64,000 bases of DNA from Dendrobates tinctorius (lineage: Eukaryota): the NCBI RefSeq assembly GCF_039654945.1, contig NW_027361754.1, positions 27,218,001 through 27,282,000 of the forward strand. Direction: 5' to 3'. The position numbers and the translations under genes were made by a program. The notes under the pieces are model-generated. The model searched no databases, was not told the origin of the DNA, and saw nothing but the letters and a program-made list of their open reading frames with translations. Below, piece by piece: positions 25,050 to 37,399 of this stretch. The stretch's first letter is position 1. Every line of letters begins with the position of its first letter.

Positions 25050-28000
25050 GTAAGGAGGTGAGATATAATGTCCTTCTTGCTTTGCTTCCTCTGATTGCCC
25101 TTTGATTGTTAATGTTTACGTATTGCTAATTGATAATGTATATGTCGAATGCTTACTTTACTGCTACATAGAAATATGTATTATCACTCATCTTTTATGG
25201 TATTGCCACATGTATTTATGTGTTACCATTCTGTAGAAAACTGTATTATATTGTTTTGTGTTCCTTTAGTATAATATTGTATTGTATAATGTGATTGATG
25301 TTCATGTACAGTTAGGGTAAGTCATTGCATCCTATAGTTCCTATAGATAAGGGTAAGTGTAGTTCTGTTGTGGGTCACTAGATGGGGGCATACTAGTGGA
25401 CCTTCTAGGCATAGCTGATAGGATGTTTATAGAGGGTTAATTGTAGGAGGGGCTGCTGGGTAGTAAGAGGAAAGCTTGTAGGAAGTTAAATCAGATGGGG
25501 CCAGAGTGCCCTAGTGTCCACATGGGCTATAGGCAGGGACCGCTTGGCAGCCACACAACGCTCAAGCGCTGCAACCCATGTTACCCATGGCCACTGTGTG
25601 TTATAGCAGTGGGCCAGAACAGGAAAGGAAAGATGTGGCGAATTTTCGTCTGGGCAGATGATTTTAGGGTAGGAGTCGGTCGGGCTCATGAGATGAAGGA
25701 AGTTACAGCTTCGACGAGATCGGTACAGACGACCTGGATGTTTTACCAGAGGCAACCAAACCTGGTAACTGATGATTTCGAGTCTGGGTCGAAACAGGCA
25801 GAAGGAATTGTCATCATGACAAGGTCAGACCAGGAAGAACTGGGGATCAGTCTAGGATGGTCCGGTCCGGACGTGTACTGCACAGAAGTGACAGCCAGAA
25901 AGGAAAAGATGAGGAAACCAGTAAATGTCATGATGTACCAATTGTGGATGTAATGTGTGAAGTATTCAGTAAAGAAAGTGTTAAAGTTAACTTGGACTGT
26001 GTCTTCATTGCTGTGGGTTGCCTGAAAGAGGGACCGTCATTGCCTGGGAAGTGCCCAGAGGAAGCTGAATCAGGAGATGCAGGTATGCTGAATAGAAGAG
26101 TCGAGTTTTCTGTAGGGGAAGGACTCGACATAGATATTGTGGTTATTCAAGTCAAGACTACAGTCCTGTCCCTCCCTTACAGGTGCTGCTTTAACTTACC
26201 CTGCTTTGATCACTGCCACCTGATGACATCTCATCTTTAGTGGACAAGGAGCGATGACTGTGGCAGCAGTGACTGAAAATGTGGGTGGTTGGGCAAAAGA
26301 AGTGACTGTAGAAGCAGAGACTGAAGATGCAGCAGCTGGGACTGAAGCAGGGACTGTGGAAGCAGCAACTGAAGATGCAGCAGCGGATGTGGAAGTGTAG
26401 CAGTAGAAGCAAGAATTGTGATCACATCTCCATCATCGTTACTGAAATAGGACTTCATCAGGTAATGTCAGGGACAAAGCTGTGGCAAATAACTTTTGTG
26501 CATCCCTGATGAAGGGGAGTTTCAGGAGGGGTGATAGCTGCTGCAGAGATGTCAATACAAGGCCATACTCCTGGTGATGTCTCAATTAGTCTACCCTCCA
26601 TTGAAAAATCACAGGAAGTTAAAAAAAAATAAAAACAGATATCGGGATTAGCTGTATAGGAAAAATAGTAGGGAATTGTAAAATAAATCAAATATGGATG
26701 TGGGTTAATTTGCATACCTTTTTTCCAGGAGGCATCGCCTGGTCTATTAGTCTCCCTACACCAGTGGGAACCTGTTTAATTGGTTCACAGTTTTGCAGAG
26801 AAATAGAAGCTGTTGAACTTTGAGATTAAATTTTTCTTCCTCAAAGATACCGATAGCAAATTATCCCTATTGATAGAATTGGGAATAGGGGATAATGGGC
26901 TGCTTTCTGGGGTTCAGCTGCTGGGTTTAGGGGGTATTTGTATTTTTGTGACTTTTTCACTTTGAAATCTTGGCTTGTGTTGGAAGGAGTCCAAAGTTGG
27001 GCCACTGACCAATCAGATTCAGCAGAGTATATCAGATGACACAATCGACTAATCAGCTGCTCAATCCTGTATTTAAAAACATCCAATCCCCTAATGAACG
27101 AGCGTCTATTGTGTTAAACGTTGTGTATAAAATTCTTGAAAGCAGCTATTATATGTTGTTATCATAGATAATGATGGTGATAGATGCTCTTTAAGACTTC
27201 CTTCATACATCCTGGTGATTCCTGTCCAGGAAAAACCAGTACTGGTGAGATCCGTGGTTCATGTCCTTGTGTCATCCGTGTGTGTTTGTGATATCTGTCC
27301 ATGTTTACTGGCAGTGTGTCCATGTGTTACATCTGCCTGTCGTCCATGTGTCCGTGTTTACTGTCAGTGTGTGTATGTGTTACACCCGTGTGCCATCAGC
27401 GTGACACTTACCGGCACCAGGAAACAAGCAATACAGTTCTTGCTAATCCCAGGCGCCGACGGTTGCTGAAGGCAGCTGTCATCATTGTCTCCTCCTTGTG
27501 CTGAGATCAGCGCGACAAGAGGACAATGATAAGAGCTGCCTTCAGTAGCCAGCCAGCGCCAGGGAACAGCGCGAACTTTACAGCTTGTTCCCTGGTGCCG
27601 ATAAGTGTCACGCTGATGACAAAGAGATGTCATCCATGTGTCATCAGTGTGCACGTATGAAAGACCTGACATGTGCGCACCACCATGAATACAATGGGTG
27701 TGCGCATGTCCGTATTTGCGGTCCTTAAAAAATGGACAACATACAGACATACAGGACGGACATGTGAAGGAGGCCTAATGGGATGTTTCCATCTAAGACC
27801 ATCACCAATCGAGAGACTGAAGGTCCTGTGACCACCATTCTCAAACTTCCAGCCCCTTCATTCTATATTCATTAAATGTCCCAGAAATAACTCTGTGAAA
27901 GCAATATATTTTACAAGATAACTTTTTCCAAGTAGAATCATTCTATACATAAACTGTCTGACCATTTCCATACACACACCTTGACATTAACCCCTTCAAG

Positions 28001-28439
28001 GAGTTGTCCAGAATTAAAAATACATGTATATGTTTTGTCTTCTATTGTATATAGTTCTTCTCCATTGGTGCAATGCTCAGTTAAGAACATCGCTGTTCAT
28101 TTATACATTCCATTTTTACGTGACTTTGCTTTTTTTCTGTTTTTTCAGAATTCACTAAGTAGAATTGATCATTTTGCAGTACCGTAGATATAATTTATTA
28201 CCGTTAGTTTTTTTTTTTTTTGGGGGGGGGGGAAGGGAAGAAAACTGTAATTCTGCATTTTTGTGGGGATTTTCATCAGCCTTTACTCTGTACTAAACCT
28301 CCTGCCTCTGTCAACCCCTATAGATTTTGAAGTTGTTATTGGCCAATGCATCTAAACAGAAAAAAAAGAACTGGAGTATAAGATAGTATACATGAAAAAT
28401 ATAGGAGCATGTTCACATCGGCCAATAAACAGACAAAAA

Positions 28440-29020
28440 AGATAGAAACCAAATGAACATATACCCTGCTGTAAGTGAAAAAGCAATAGTACATATAAAT
28501 AACATAAGGTACTTAGTAAATACAGTTTTTGATTAAAAAAAAGCTTAAAAGCCATGCCACCAGCGTCAAGGTGACCCAAATTGAGACAAAATATGTTCAT
28601 TTTGTTTCTGTAACAGGTTTTGACTGTTTAATGGCCAGTGTGAACATGCTCCTATATTTTGCATACCAATTTATACTCCATTTTATTCTTTCAGTTAAGT
28701 TTCAGTTTTTTTCACTCACTGCAGGTAAGGGCCTCCTTTTTTTTGAGCTGGGCATTATTTTTACATAGCTCTCCATGGCTGGGTATCCATATTTGGTACC
28801 CGGTCCTGCTCGGTCGCTATTCACATTGACGTCATTTTGACACAGGTAAGGTTTTAATACTAGAGGTTAGGACCATTCCGATTTGGGTACACCTTGTCGC
28901 TGGTGGGATGGCTTTTATGCTTCTTTTGATCAAAAACGGTGATTACTAAGTGTCCAATGTTATTTATATGCACTATTGCGTTTACTTACTTACAGAAGGG
29001 GATATGTTCATTTTGTTTCT
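28440..29020. repeat. Degenerate inverted repeat / fold-back element
   Basis: 28483-28575 is an imperfect reverse complement of ~28888-28980. ATATGTTCATTTTGTTTCT recurs at ~28591 and ~29002. Confidence 0.5.
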
Positions 29021-30260
29021 ATCTTAGGATTTTTCATTGCATCTAAACAGTCAAACTATTGGAATCAGAATTATCACCAAGTTCAGCCTTTACAATTCAT
29101 GAATATTTGATGTTCACTACTGGTGGCATTGGCACAGTACAGTGCCTACAACATCACTGAGCTATAATAGTACAAGTGAATGACCTGTACACCCCTACGT
29201 ACTATTATAGTCCAGAAAGGGGTAAGGACAGTACAGAAACATATCCAAAAACTCATGTGCGGGCGTATACTATTATATGTTTGCTGATCTATGGATATTT
29301 TGTGACGTTTAAAGACAGTAAAGCTGGTTCTCATGACTGGCATTCAGCTTTCGAGTACCAATTCTGATGTCCGGACTGGTGTCTGGTCCCATTACCTGAA
29401 ATCAACAGCTTCACATGTTTATGAGATTCAGGAGATCCGTGGCCGGTCCATACATCGTGGTTTGTTCTTGGACCATGAATGTTAGACTTGTGAGACCTTA
29501 TATTTTAGAGCCTCTGTTAAGAGCAAATAAAGTAAAATGATGGACACCCCAACAGAAGCCTGGTGGACTCCATTTAGGTGGATGGGTCTGTCTTGTATCA
29601 CATGTGAGATGAGAAACAAAGGACAGAGAGCTCACCATCACCACGCTTCTTTGAAGATACAAAGTCGGTGAGTGCCAGATACTGCTGGTGAAGCACAGCA
29701 AACACGCAGCGTTAAGAAAGTGGTGCAGCACATCCCCAGTGAGTAAAATCAGAAAATCGTTCTTGGAACATCATAGTAAGTATGACTAAGGGCATTTGTT
29801 GTGCCAGAATGCAACAGTTTTTGAACATGTTTTTTGGATGGACACTTTGTTTTAAAGATGTTCCAATAAAGATTTTTTTTCCTTTTCCCGGTCGATGCGC
29901 CGACCACTTCTGAATCATTGACATAAACACTTTGTGCATTGCTCTGTTGCATTTTATTTACCAGAAGTAAAAATAAAAAATACTGAAAACATGAAAGAAG
30001 AAAAAACAGACGATCCAACATCGTAATGGGAGACAACAAACTCATTGGTCGTAATACTTAGAAATCCATACGTTTTACATTTACTTTGAAGCAAAGTATG
30101 TTATGAATAGAGGATGGTGCCAACTGGTCAGTACTGAAGACTAGCTCAACAACGATAGTAAAAGCAGAATAGCAGAATATAATTGCTATAAGTTTGTATG
30201 CCACTGTCCTATCTGTTAGTGCAACGTTTTTCAGATGGCAAAAAGTCAATAAAATGGCAT

Positions 30261-33200
30261 CTAATTTTCGTTGGAAACTCCCTTGTTGATGAAATCTTGG
30301 ATCTTGTCTCGGACATCTATCTCCAGATACTCCACTTGATCCTGTATAGTCACGGTGTATTCTCCTAGCTTCTGTTTCATGTCCTCCACTCTTTGTACAA
30401 GGGCTTTGTTGAGGTCATCAACAAAAGGGGTCATTGTGTCTTTGAACTCTACAACCTTCTGATCCATCTTCTGGTTCATCTCGATCAGGTAGGGCTCCAA
30501 CATCTGCTTGACGTTTGTCATATCTCCATTCAGCTTGCTCCTCAGCTCATTGGCATAGGGGTAGAGTTGCTCTCTCAGCTGCCCGGTGAACTCCAACATT
30601 TTGTTCTCCATTTGCTCAACATTCTTCCTCATCTGAAACTCCATGTTCTGAATCTGCTTGCGCAGCTCATCTTGCACGTCTTCAGCATAGGGTGTTAGGC
30701 TTTTATATAGTTCTTGGAGTTGTTGGTCAATATTTTCTTTCACTTTTCCAGTGATGGGCTTCAGTTGCTTTCTCAGCTGTTCCACATTGTCGTCTATCGT
30801 AGCCTTGAGCTCTTGAGAATATGGGGTCAGGGAATCCTGAACACGGTCAGCATTTTCTCTGATCTTGGCCTCCAGATCTTTCGTTACAGACTTTATCTGC
30901 TCACTTACGATCTGAGTGTTTTTATCCAGTTGTGTTCGTAGCTGTTCTGCATATGGTGCCAGTTTTATCTGAAGCTCCTCTACATTTCTGCTTAGTTGCT
31001 TGTGCACCTCATCTGCGTAATGAGACAACTTGACCTTGAGCCTTTCCAGTTCCTGTCTTATTTGCGCCCTCAATTTTTCAGAATCTTGAGTTAGTTGCTC
31101 ATGTATTTGCTTTGCAAAGGGAATGATTTGTTGCTGAAGTTCCCCGGCGTAAAGATTGACACTTTTCAGGTTTTCTTCAATTAGAACACTGGCAAGAAAG
31201 AAAAGGATTTAATTACTACAAAAACAGTCAACATTAGTAGTGATTTCAAGTTTTTTACCATAAGGAGAGGACCTCAGCCCAATCATTTCCCAATGGCTAA
31301 CATGTATTCCCAGACACACATTCCTCTAGTAATAATAAACAATTGCCAGGGATTTCTGAACCTAGACCAATGGTTGATCACCAGATCTTCTTCTATTGTT
31401 AAACAGGTGTTTTTCAAGGGACAACATTTATAAGGGGGTTGTCTAAGAAAAAAAAAACGTTAAAAATGTTTAAAATTGAAATGCTTGCTACATACGGTAT
31501 TTATATATCTTTTAATGTCCCATTATCTACACCAGTCAAGGGCCTCAGAAACTTTACTTCTTCATGGGGTTCAACAACTTCTTATAATAAATAAACCAGA
31601 AACCTTCTCCATCACGGCTGATGAATAGATTGAGAAGACGGCTGAATTAGCAACTGAAATGAAAGCCAGCCACCCCAATTCTTAGACGCAACAAGCCAAC
31701 ACAGAAGACTCTCTCCTGTTTCAAACCCAACGTAGAAGTGGAGCTGTCGAGACCCAAGAGCATTGCCAAGGACAGGACAATGGTGGAACTTGGATAATAA
31801 AAAATAATAGAAAAAGTTGCATATAGTGGGATGTCAAACGCATCTATAGATCTTTATTCTTCTAGTTGGTCAACTTCTTTAATGTTGTTCCTTATTCTCT
31901 AGTAGTCTAAATTCATAAGGAATAGACAAGCTCCGACACTGCTCACTTACTTCAGCTGTTTGGTGATGTCCGATTGCTGGATTTTCCCCACTTTATCCTT
32001 TGTATCAGTGGTTAGTTGGGTGAAGTAATCCCAGAAAGCTTCGGTTATCTGGTCAGAGCTGATATCAGCTTGGGATCCTGAAAAAAAAAACAACAAAGTT
32101 AGAAACTGAGGAGATCGAAAGATAAAAATAAATTCTTATTTTGTCTTTTAGTGTATACTGTTACAACAAACATAACTTAATAGGGTTATTCCCATATCAG
32201 CATGCTATCAACCATCCAACGAATAGGCAATTACTTGTCGATTGCTTGGACCCTTTACATATCCCACAAATAGGACTCCGAAGTGCATTACTATTTTACT
32301 CATTCTATACGTAACTGCAAGACATAGATAAGTGCTGCACTAATCTTCCTCTGGCGGTCTATAAGACAATAAATGGTGCAGTGGCGTACATGCTCAACCG
32401 TTACTCTAGTCATAAAGCTTCAATCTTGGAATCAAGAAGGATTCCAAAGGTGGGAGCTCTAGTGATCAAAAAGTTATCAAGATTATTCAGTTCTAGACAT
32501 GAGATTTTTTTAACGTGAAGAACAAAAAAATTCTACAATTCATACACCAGCCACTACTCTCCCTCCTCGATGATCTGCACAACATGAGCAACAGGATCCC
32601 TCTTCAGATATTTGGCTAGTGTGTGTCACCAATAAACTGAACAGCATGAGAAACATGATCTGTCTACAGCAATGTTCCCCAACTCTAGTTCTCAAGAACC
32701 ACCAGCAGATCATGTTTTCAGGACCTCCTTAAGGGGGCTTTACACATAGCGATATCGCTAGCGATATCGCTAAAGCGTCACCGATTTTGTGACGCAGCAG
32801 CGATATCGCTAGCGATATCGCTACATGTGATACTTACCTCAGACCACATCCATTTCTCGTCGTCGCCTTCCTGCTGGCGCCGATGAGCGAGCTATGGACG
32901 CGAGTGGAAGACGGCGGTCATCGCTTCGTCTGAAAGGTAAGTATGACCGCCGAGCATCGCTACATCGCTGTGAGATCTGCCTGTTTGGCAGCTCACTAGC
33001 GACCATTTAGCGATGCACCAGCGATCCTGACCGGGTCGTATCGTGTTCGGGATCGCTGGTGCACCGCTAAATGTAAAGGGGCCTTTGGTATTGCCCAGGT
33101 GATGGAATTATCACCTGTACAATACTGTGGAAATCCTGATAGCATGACCTGTGGGTGACTCATGAGGGTGGGAGTTGGGGAAACCTGCTCTACAGATATC

Positions 33201-34526
33201 TGCCTAGCACAAGTGTCACCTGCAAACTCCACAGCATGAGCAACATGATAGATTAGGACATTTAGCTATCTTGTGCTATGACACTTGCATGGCGAAAAGA
33301 ATAAAAAGAATGGCTGGAAGATAATTTACTAATAAGTAAGTAAAACAGGTAATAAAATATTGCATATGAATCTGATATTCTGGTGGAGATGAAAGCATGA
33401 GCAGAAGATTCTGATGGTGAAGGAAATGTGGCTGAGATTTTACATGGACTCTATGAGACAGCAGTAAAGGGTTTGTCTATTTTGTGTTTTTTTTTTTTCA
33501 ACACATGTTGGAGATATGATTTTGTGCATTATCATTATAGTATTGTACTCTGTAAGGATTTACTCACACTGACATGTATTCTCTCATGCCAGAGAATCGG
33601 GCCGATTATCAGAGTGTGGTCCAATTCTCCGGCATGAGAAGATCCAGGCACAACTGCTGAGAAGACGGAGAATTTAATTTCTCCATTGTCTCTGCGAGCG
33701 TACATCGGACTGCACTCACATGACAGCCGAGTGCAGTCCGATGTTGTACTCGCAGCATGCTGAATCGGCATGAGAAATTAATCGCAGATCTCAACTGCCC
33801 CATTGTATTACATTGGACAGAGTACTATCTGATAAAACATCACGTAGCACTTGGCCATGTTATATGCCAGTGTGAGCGTACCCTTAGAGGGTAGTATTAA
33901 TTATTACAGATTGTCAACCCCCTTGTTAGCGGAGCTTTTCTCACAAACTGCACAGTTCTCCCATTCTTAACAAATGCATATGACTAGACATGATCAGCAG
34001 CGGCATGCCATGAAGCTCATGGGCCTCAATGCAAAAGCTCCAACGGGTTCCACAGCTATTGCAAGTCCTTATTACTAATGGTCTTTTCATATTGGCCAAA
34101 GGCACCTTTGGGCCCCGTTAGGCTCCAGGGTTCAGGTGTAATTGCAAACCCGGCATCTATTACAGATACACCCCTGCTGACCAGTCTCCTCCAATCGAAA
34201 AACAGCTTTCTCATGTGCAGTGTTTTTCAGTTGGAGGAGGCTGATTGACAGGTCTGGTCACATGCTTCTCCATCAGTGGCCATACTGCAACTAAGAAATC
34301 TGTGCTGTCTGTGAAAAAGAACCTGCGATACTTATATATTAGTGATACAGTCATGTCCCCAGTACATTTTGTTAAAATACAGCTAAAGTGGACACCCCAT
34401 TTAAGTGCCATATATATTATTCTCATCCTCCCATTAGACAACTACAGATAACCCAGAACCACTTAACCAGTACTGACCTGTGATTGCGCACAATACCAGT
34501 GCCACCACTGCCACCCTCACCAACAT
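30261..34526 (-). CDS. apoa4: Apolipoprotein A-IV-like, copy 2; complement(join(30261..31188,31951..32077,34478..34526)), 367 aa
   Basis: Exon sizes (49/127/928) and phases are identical to copy 1. Sequence begins MLVRVAVVALVLCAIT-GSQADISSDQITEAFWDYFTQLTTDTKDKVGKIQQSDITKQLN-VLIEENLKSVNLYAGELQQQIIPFAKQIHEQLTQDSEKL. Aligns to copy 1 without gaps. TAG stop at 30261-30263, AATAAA at 29953-29958 on the minus strand. Confidence 0.93.
32670..33187. mobile_element. hAT-type MITE with a nested Harbinger-type MITE (~32733-33083) in an intron of apoa4 copy 2
   Basis: Outer TIRs CAATGTTCCCCAAC / GTTGGGGAAACCTG with 8-bp TSD GTCTACAG/CTCTACAG. Inner TIRs GGGGGCTTTACAC / ATGTAAAGGGGCC with palindromic AGCGATATCGCT motifs. 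Confidence 0.7.
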
Positions 34527-34682
34527 GTTGACTCTTTGGATGGGGCAATGTTTCCCAGACGTATAAAACTATAGAAAGAAAGGGTGGTCATGAGTAAAAA
34601 TGAGCTGACCTTCTAATAATCCCACCAGACCTCCTTCCATATTTTGGGTCTTGGTTTCCCCACTCTGCCCCAGTTTCTTTAC

Positions 34683-34895
34683 CTGATCTCTGGGTGTCTG
34701 ACGATGATGAGTAGAATCCACGAGCCGTCCTTTATAGTAGACTATCTCTGTGTCGTGGCGGGGCTTCAAGGCAACGGCCTGGACTTTTGATCACCTTTAC
34801 AACGTGGAATTCCTGACGTGTTCCTATTTTCCGAGGAGTGATGCTGGAAGTTTGATTAGTTCTGTAAACCCTGGACACTGAGTCACAGTCACGAT
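34683..34895 (-). promoter_or_regulatory. apoa4 copy 2 non-coding exon 1 and proximal promoter
   Basis: Donor CAG|GTAAAG at 34683/34682 and acceptor at 34569/34568. TATAAA at 34731-34736. HNF4-like TGGACTTTTGATCA at 34780-34793, CCACGTTG (minus strand) at 34800-34807, TGACGTG at 34814-34820, AP-1 TGAGTCA at 34879-34885. Confidence 0.75.
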
Positions 34896-35404
34896 GACGG
34901 ATGGTGGTGATGGTTGTGGAGGAGGAGGTTGGGGGATGAATGTTTGTTTTTGTTCAAAAACTGCTTAGTTAACACACAAAAAAAAAATACCAAGTGTCCA
35001 TCAGTTACAAAATGCTCCTTGTCTGTGAGCCGGAGGTTATTTCAGGTCACATCTATGGACATTCACAATAACAAGAGGCACAATCCGGGCCAAGATTCTA
35101 GAGCATCAGTCTGAATAACTTGTTTACTGATGGAACGGGGTCAACTAATGAAATAAAATTAAAATTCTACAAATTGATCACTTTGTCCTAACAGAATACA
35201 TGGAATTACTTTGTGGTCTGTTCTGCTATTTGGAAGAATATAAAGTTAATTGACAATCCCAGGCACTGAAAAAATATTTGGTATATATAAATCTATGTGA
35301 AGGGTTTAGCATTTTGATCCCAAGGAGTTGAACATCATGATAATTAATTTTGGCTAGGAAACCTTCAATCTAATGGAATTGTGTAGGCTGCAGCCCATCA
35401 TCGG

Positions 35405-36285
35405 TGTTAGCGTGGGTGGTCTAGAGCAGGAAGCCACGGGAGTGGACCCTCTGGACCGTGGCACCGAGGGACCCCAGGCAAGCTGCCAGGTGGAACCGAC
35501 CCCTATACAGGGACCGTTAGGAGCAGGCCCAGGGGTTCGAGTACCACGGTAGCCGGTACCGAGAGGGGTGGCTCAGGATGGACCGGAGTAAGACTGAGAC
35601 TTGAGTAAGACGGCAGGAACACTGAAGGCAGGACTGGAGTAGGACGGCAGGAGCACTGGAGGCAGGACTGGAGTAGGACGGCAGGAACACTGGAGACTGG
35701 ACTGGAGTAGGACGGCAGGAACACTGAAGACAGGACTGGAGTAGGACGGCAGGAACACTGGAGACAGGACTGGAGTAGGACGACAGGAACACTGGAGACA
35801 GGACTGGAGTAGGACGGCAGGAGCACTGGAGGCAGGACTGGAGTAGGACGGCAGGAACATTGAAGACAGGACTGGAGTAGGACGGCAGGAACACAGGAGA
35901 CAGAACTGCGGAAGAGATCAAGGAACACGGGTAGCAGGGCTGAGAAGCTGCTGCAGGGAGCAGCCGAGAACAGAACTGCAAGAGCAGAGAGCACACGATG
36001 AAGCGAGGCCAGAGTGCTAGGAAACACAACGATCAGGCGCCTCCCTCAGGGGGAAGCGGCCTGATATGGCCCCGTCTGGGCAGCCATTGGTCCAAAGGTG
36101 CTTCCGGGTCAGGGCACAGCCGGAGCATAGGAAGGAGGCGCGGCCGCGGCCTATGGTGCATGCGCATAGCACGCAGGGACGGCATCGGCCGCGAGCCCGT
36201 CTCAGGTGACCGCCGCGGCCGTCGGGTGGAGAGAGGCTGCGGCGTGGGAGCGGAGGCCGGGTGAGTATGGCGGAGCGGTGTAACA
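35405..36285 (-). mobile_element. Solo LTR with an internal 34-bp tandem array, TSD ATCGG
   Basis: TGTTA...TAACA termini. ATCGG at 35400-35404 and 36286-36290. Shares CCCTGTATAGGGGTCGG and CAGAGGGTCCACTC with the 24299 LTR. About 9 copies of GGACTGGAGTAGGACGGCAGGAGCACTGGAGGCA at ~35600-35905. Confidence 0.85.
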
Positions 36286-36618
36286 ATCGGCTGCAGCGCT
36301 CACATGTCATAATGTAATGAGATCGCCCAGGATCACAGTGGTCGGCGTGTCACCATCCCCTGGGAATTGTCCCGTAGGGACATGATGATACCAGTGTTAT
36401 TATAGACTCCACTTTATAGAGTTGATAACCAGAAAGCAATTTTCAAAAACTGAGCTGAAACTGAGAGGAAGCACTATGAATCCTCTTCAAAAATTCAAAA
36501 CTCTTTAGAAATTTGAAGATTCAGCTCAGTTTCTGTGTAAGGAGGTGTTGGAGACCATCACGTGCCTCCTCTCCCCTAGGAGCTGCTTACAGGGTTGCAT
36601 GCAGCACCTCACTGTTTA

Positions 36619-37341
36619 GGCCTCTTTCACACATCCGGTTTTCAGCATCAGGCGTGATGCGGCGAAAAGTGTAAAAACCGGATCCGGCGCCGGTTGCCAC
36701 CGGATCCGGTTTTTCCCCCATTCAGATTCATTATCGCCGCATCGCGCCTGATGCCTATGCGGCGTATCCGGTTTTTGCCTGATCCGGCAAAAACAGCCGG
36801 TCCGGCATCTGGAAAAAATGTTCTCTGCAACGTTTTTTCTCAGCGCCGGACCGGCTTTTTCCACAGCGCATGCCCGGACTCTGTGAATGTTAACCCCACA
36901 AGTGCCCGGCGAGAGAGAGAGAGATCTCTCTCTGTCACCCGGACACTTGTGAGAGATCTCTCTCGCCGGGCACTTGTGGGGTTAACACTCACAGTGTCTG
37001 GGTGAGAGAGAGAGATCTCTCTGTGGGGTTAACCCCACAAGTGCCCAGCAAGAGAGAGAGATTCTCTTGCCTGGACACTAATGTTAACCCCCCATGTCTC
37101 TCTCTCTCCACCCCCCTCCCCTCTCCTCCCCTCTCCTCCCCTCTCCTATCCTCTCCTCCCCTCACCTCCCTTTCAGCAGCTGTCTCATTGGCTGCCTCTG
37201 TCCTGCGGCTCCTTTAATAACGTCCGAGCCGTATCATCTCGCCGCACACACATCCGGTGTCACGGCTGCAGGCCGGATCCGGCGGCCCGGCTTTTCGCCG
37301 CACGCCGCCGGACCCCACACACCGGATGTGTGAAAGTAGCC
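36619..37341. mobile_element. Harbinger-like MITE
   Basis: TIRs GGCCTCTTTCACACATCCGG / CCGGATGTGTGAAAGTAGCC flanked by TTA/TAA. Internal palindromic CCGGATCCGG motifs. Confidence 0.75.
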
Positions 37342-37399
37342 TAATTAATGTGAAATGTAATTTTTATGTACTGTAATGTCATGTGTCTGTCAGGTACAT

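Larger units (their letters stand above)
17195..26181 (+). mobile_element. Non-autonomous LTR retrotransposon: 5' LTR 17195-18901, tRNA-Ser-type PBS, degenerate internal region, PPT, and 3' LTR 21661-26181 split by a chromovirus insertion
   Basis: Two homologous ~1.15-kb LTRs, TGTAAG...CCCTTACA. PBS TGGTGTAGTTGGCAGGAT at 18904-18921. PPT AAGGAAAGGAGGAA before 21661. Degenerate zinc knuckle KCSCGGLGHMERRW near 19395-19437. No TSD recovered. Confidence 0.8.

Noticed and set aside
35503-36029. Cys/Ser/Pro-rich repeat ORFs, also at 40695-42621
   Set aside because: They derive from tandem repeats inside LTR-like elements and are open in multiple frames, with no gene structure.
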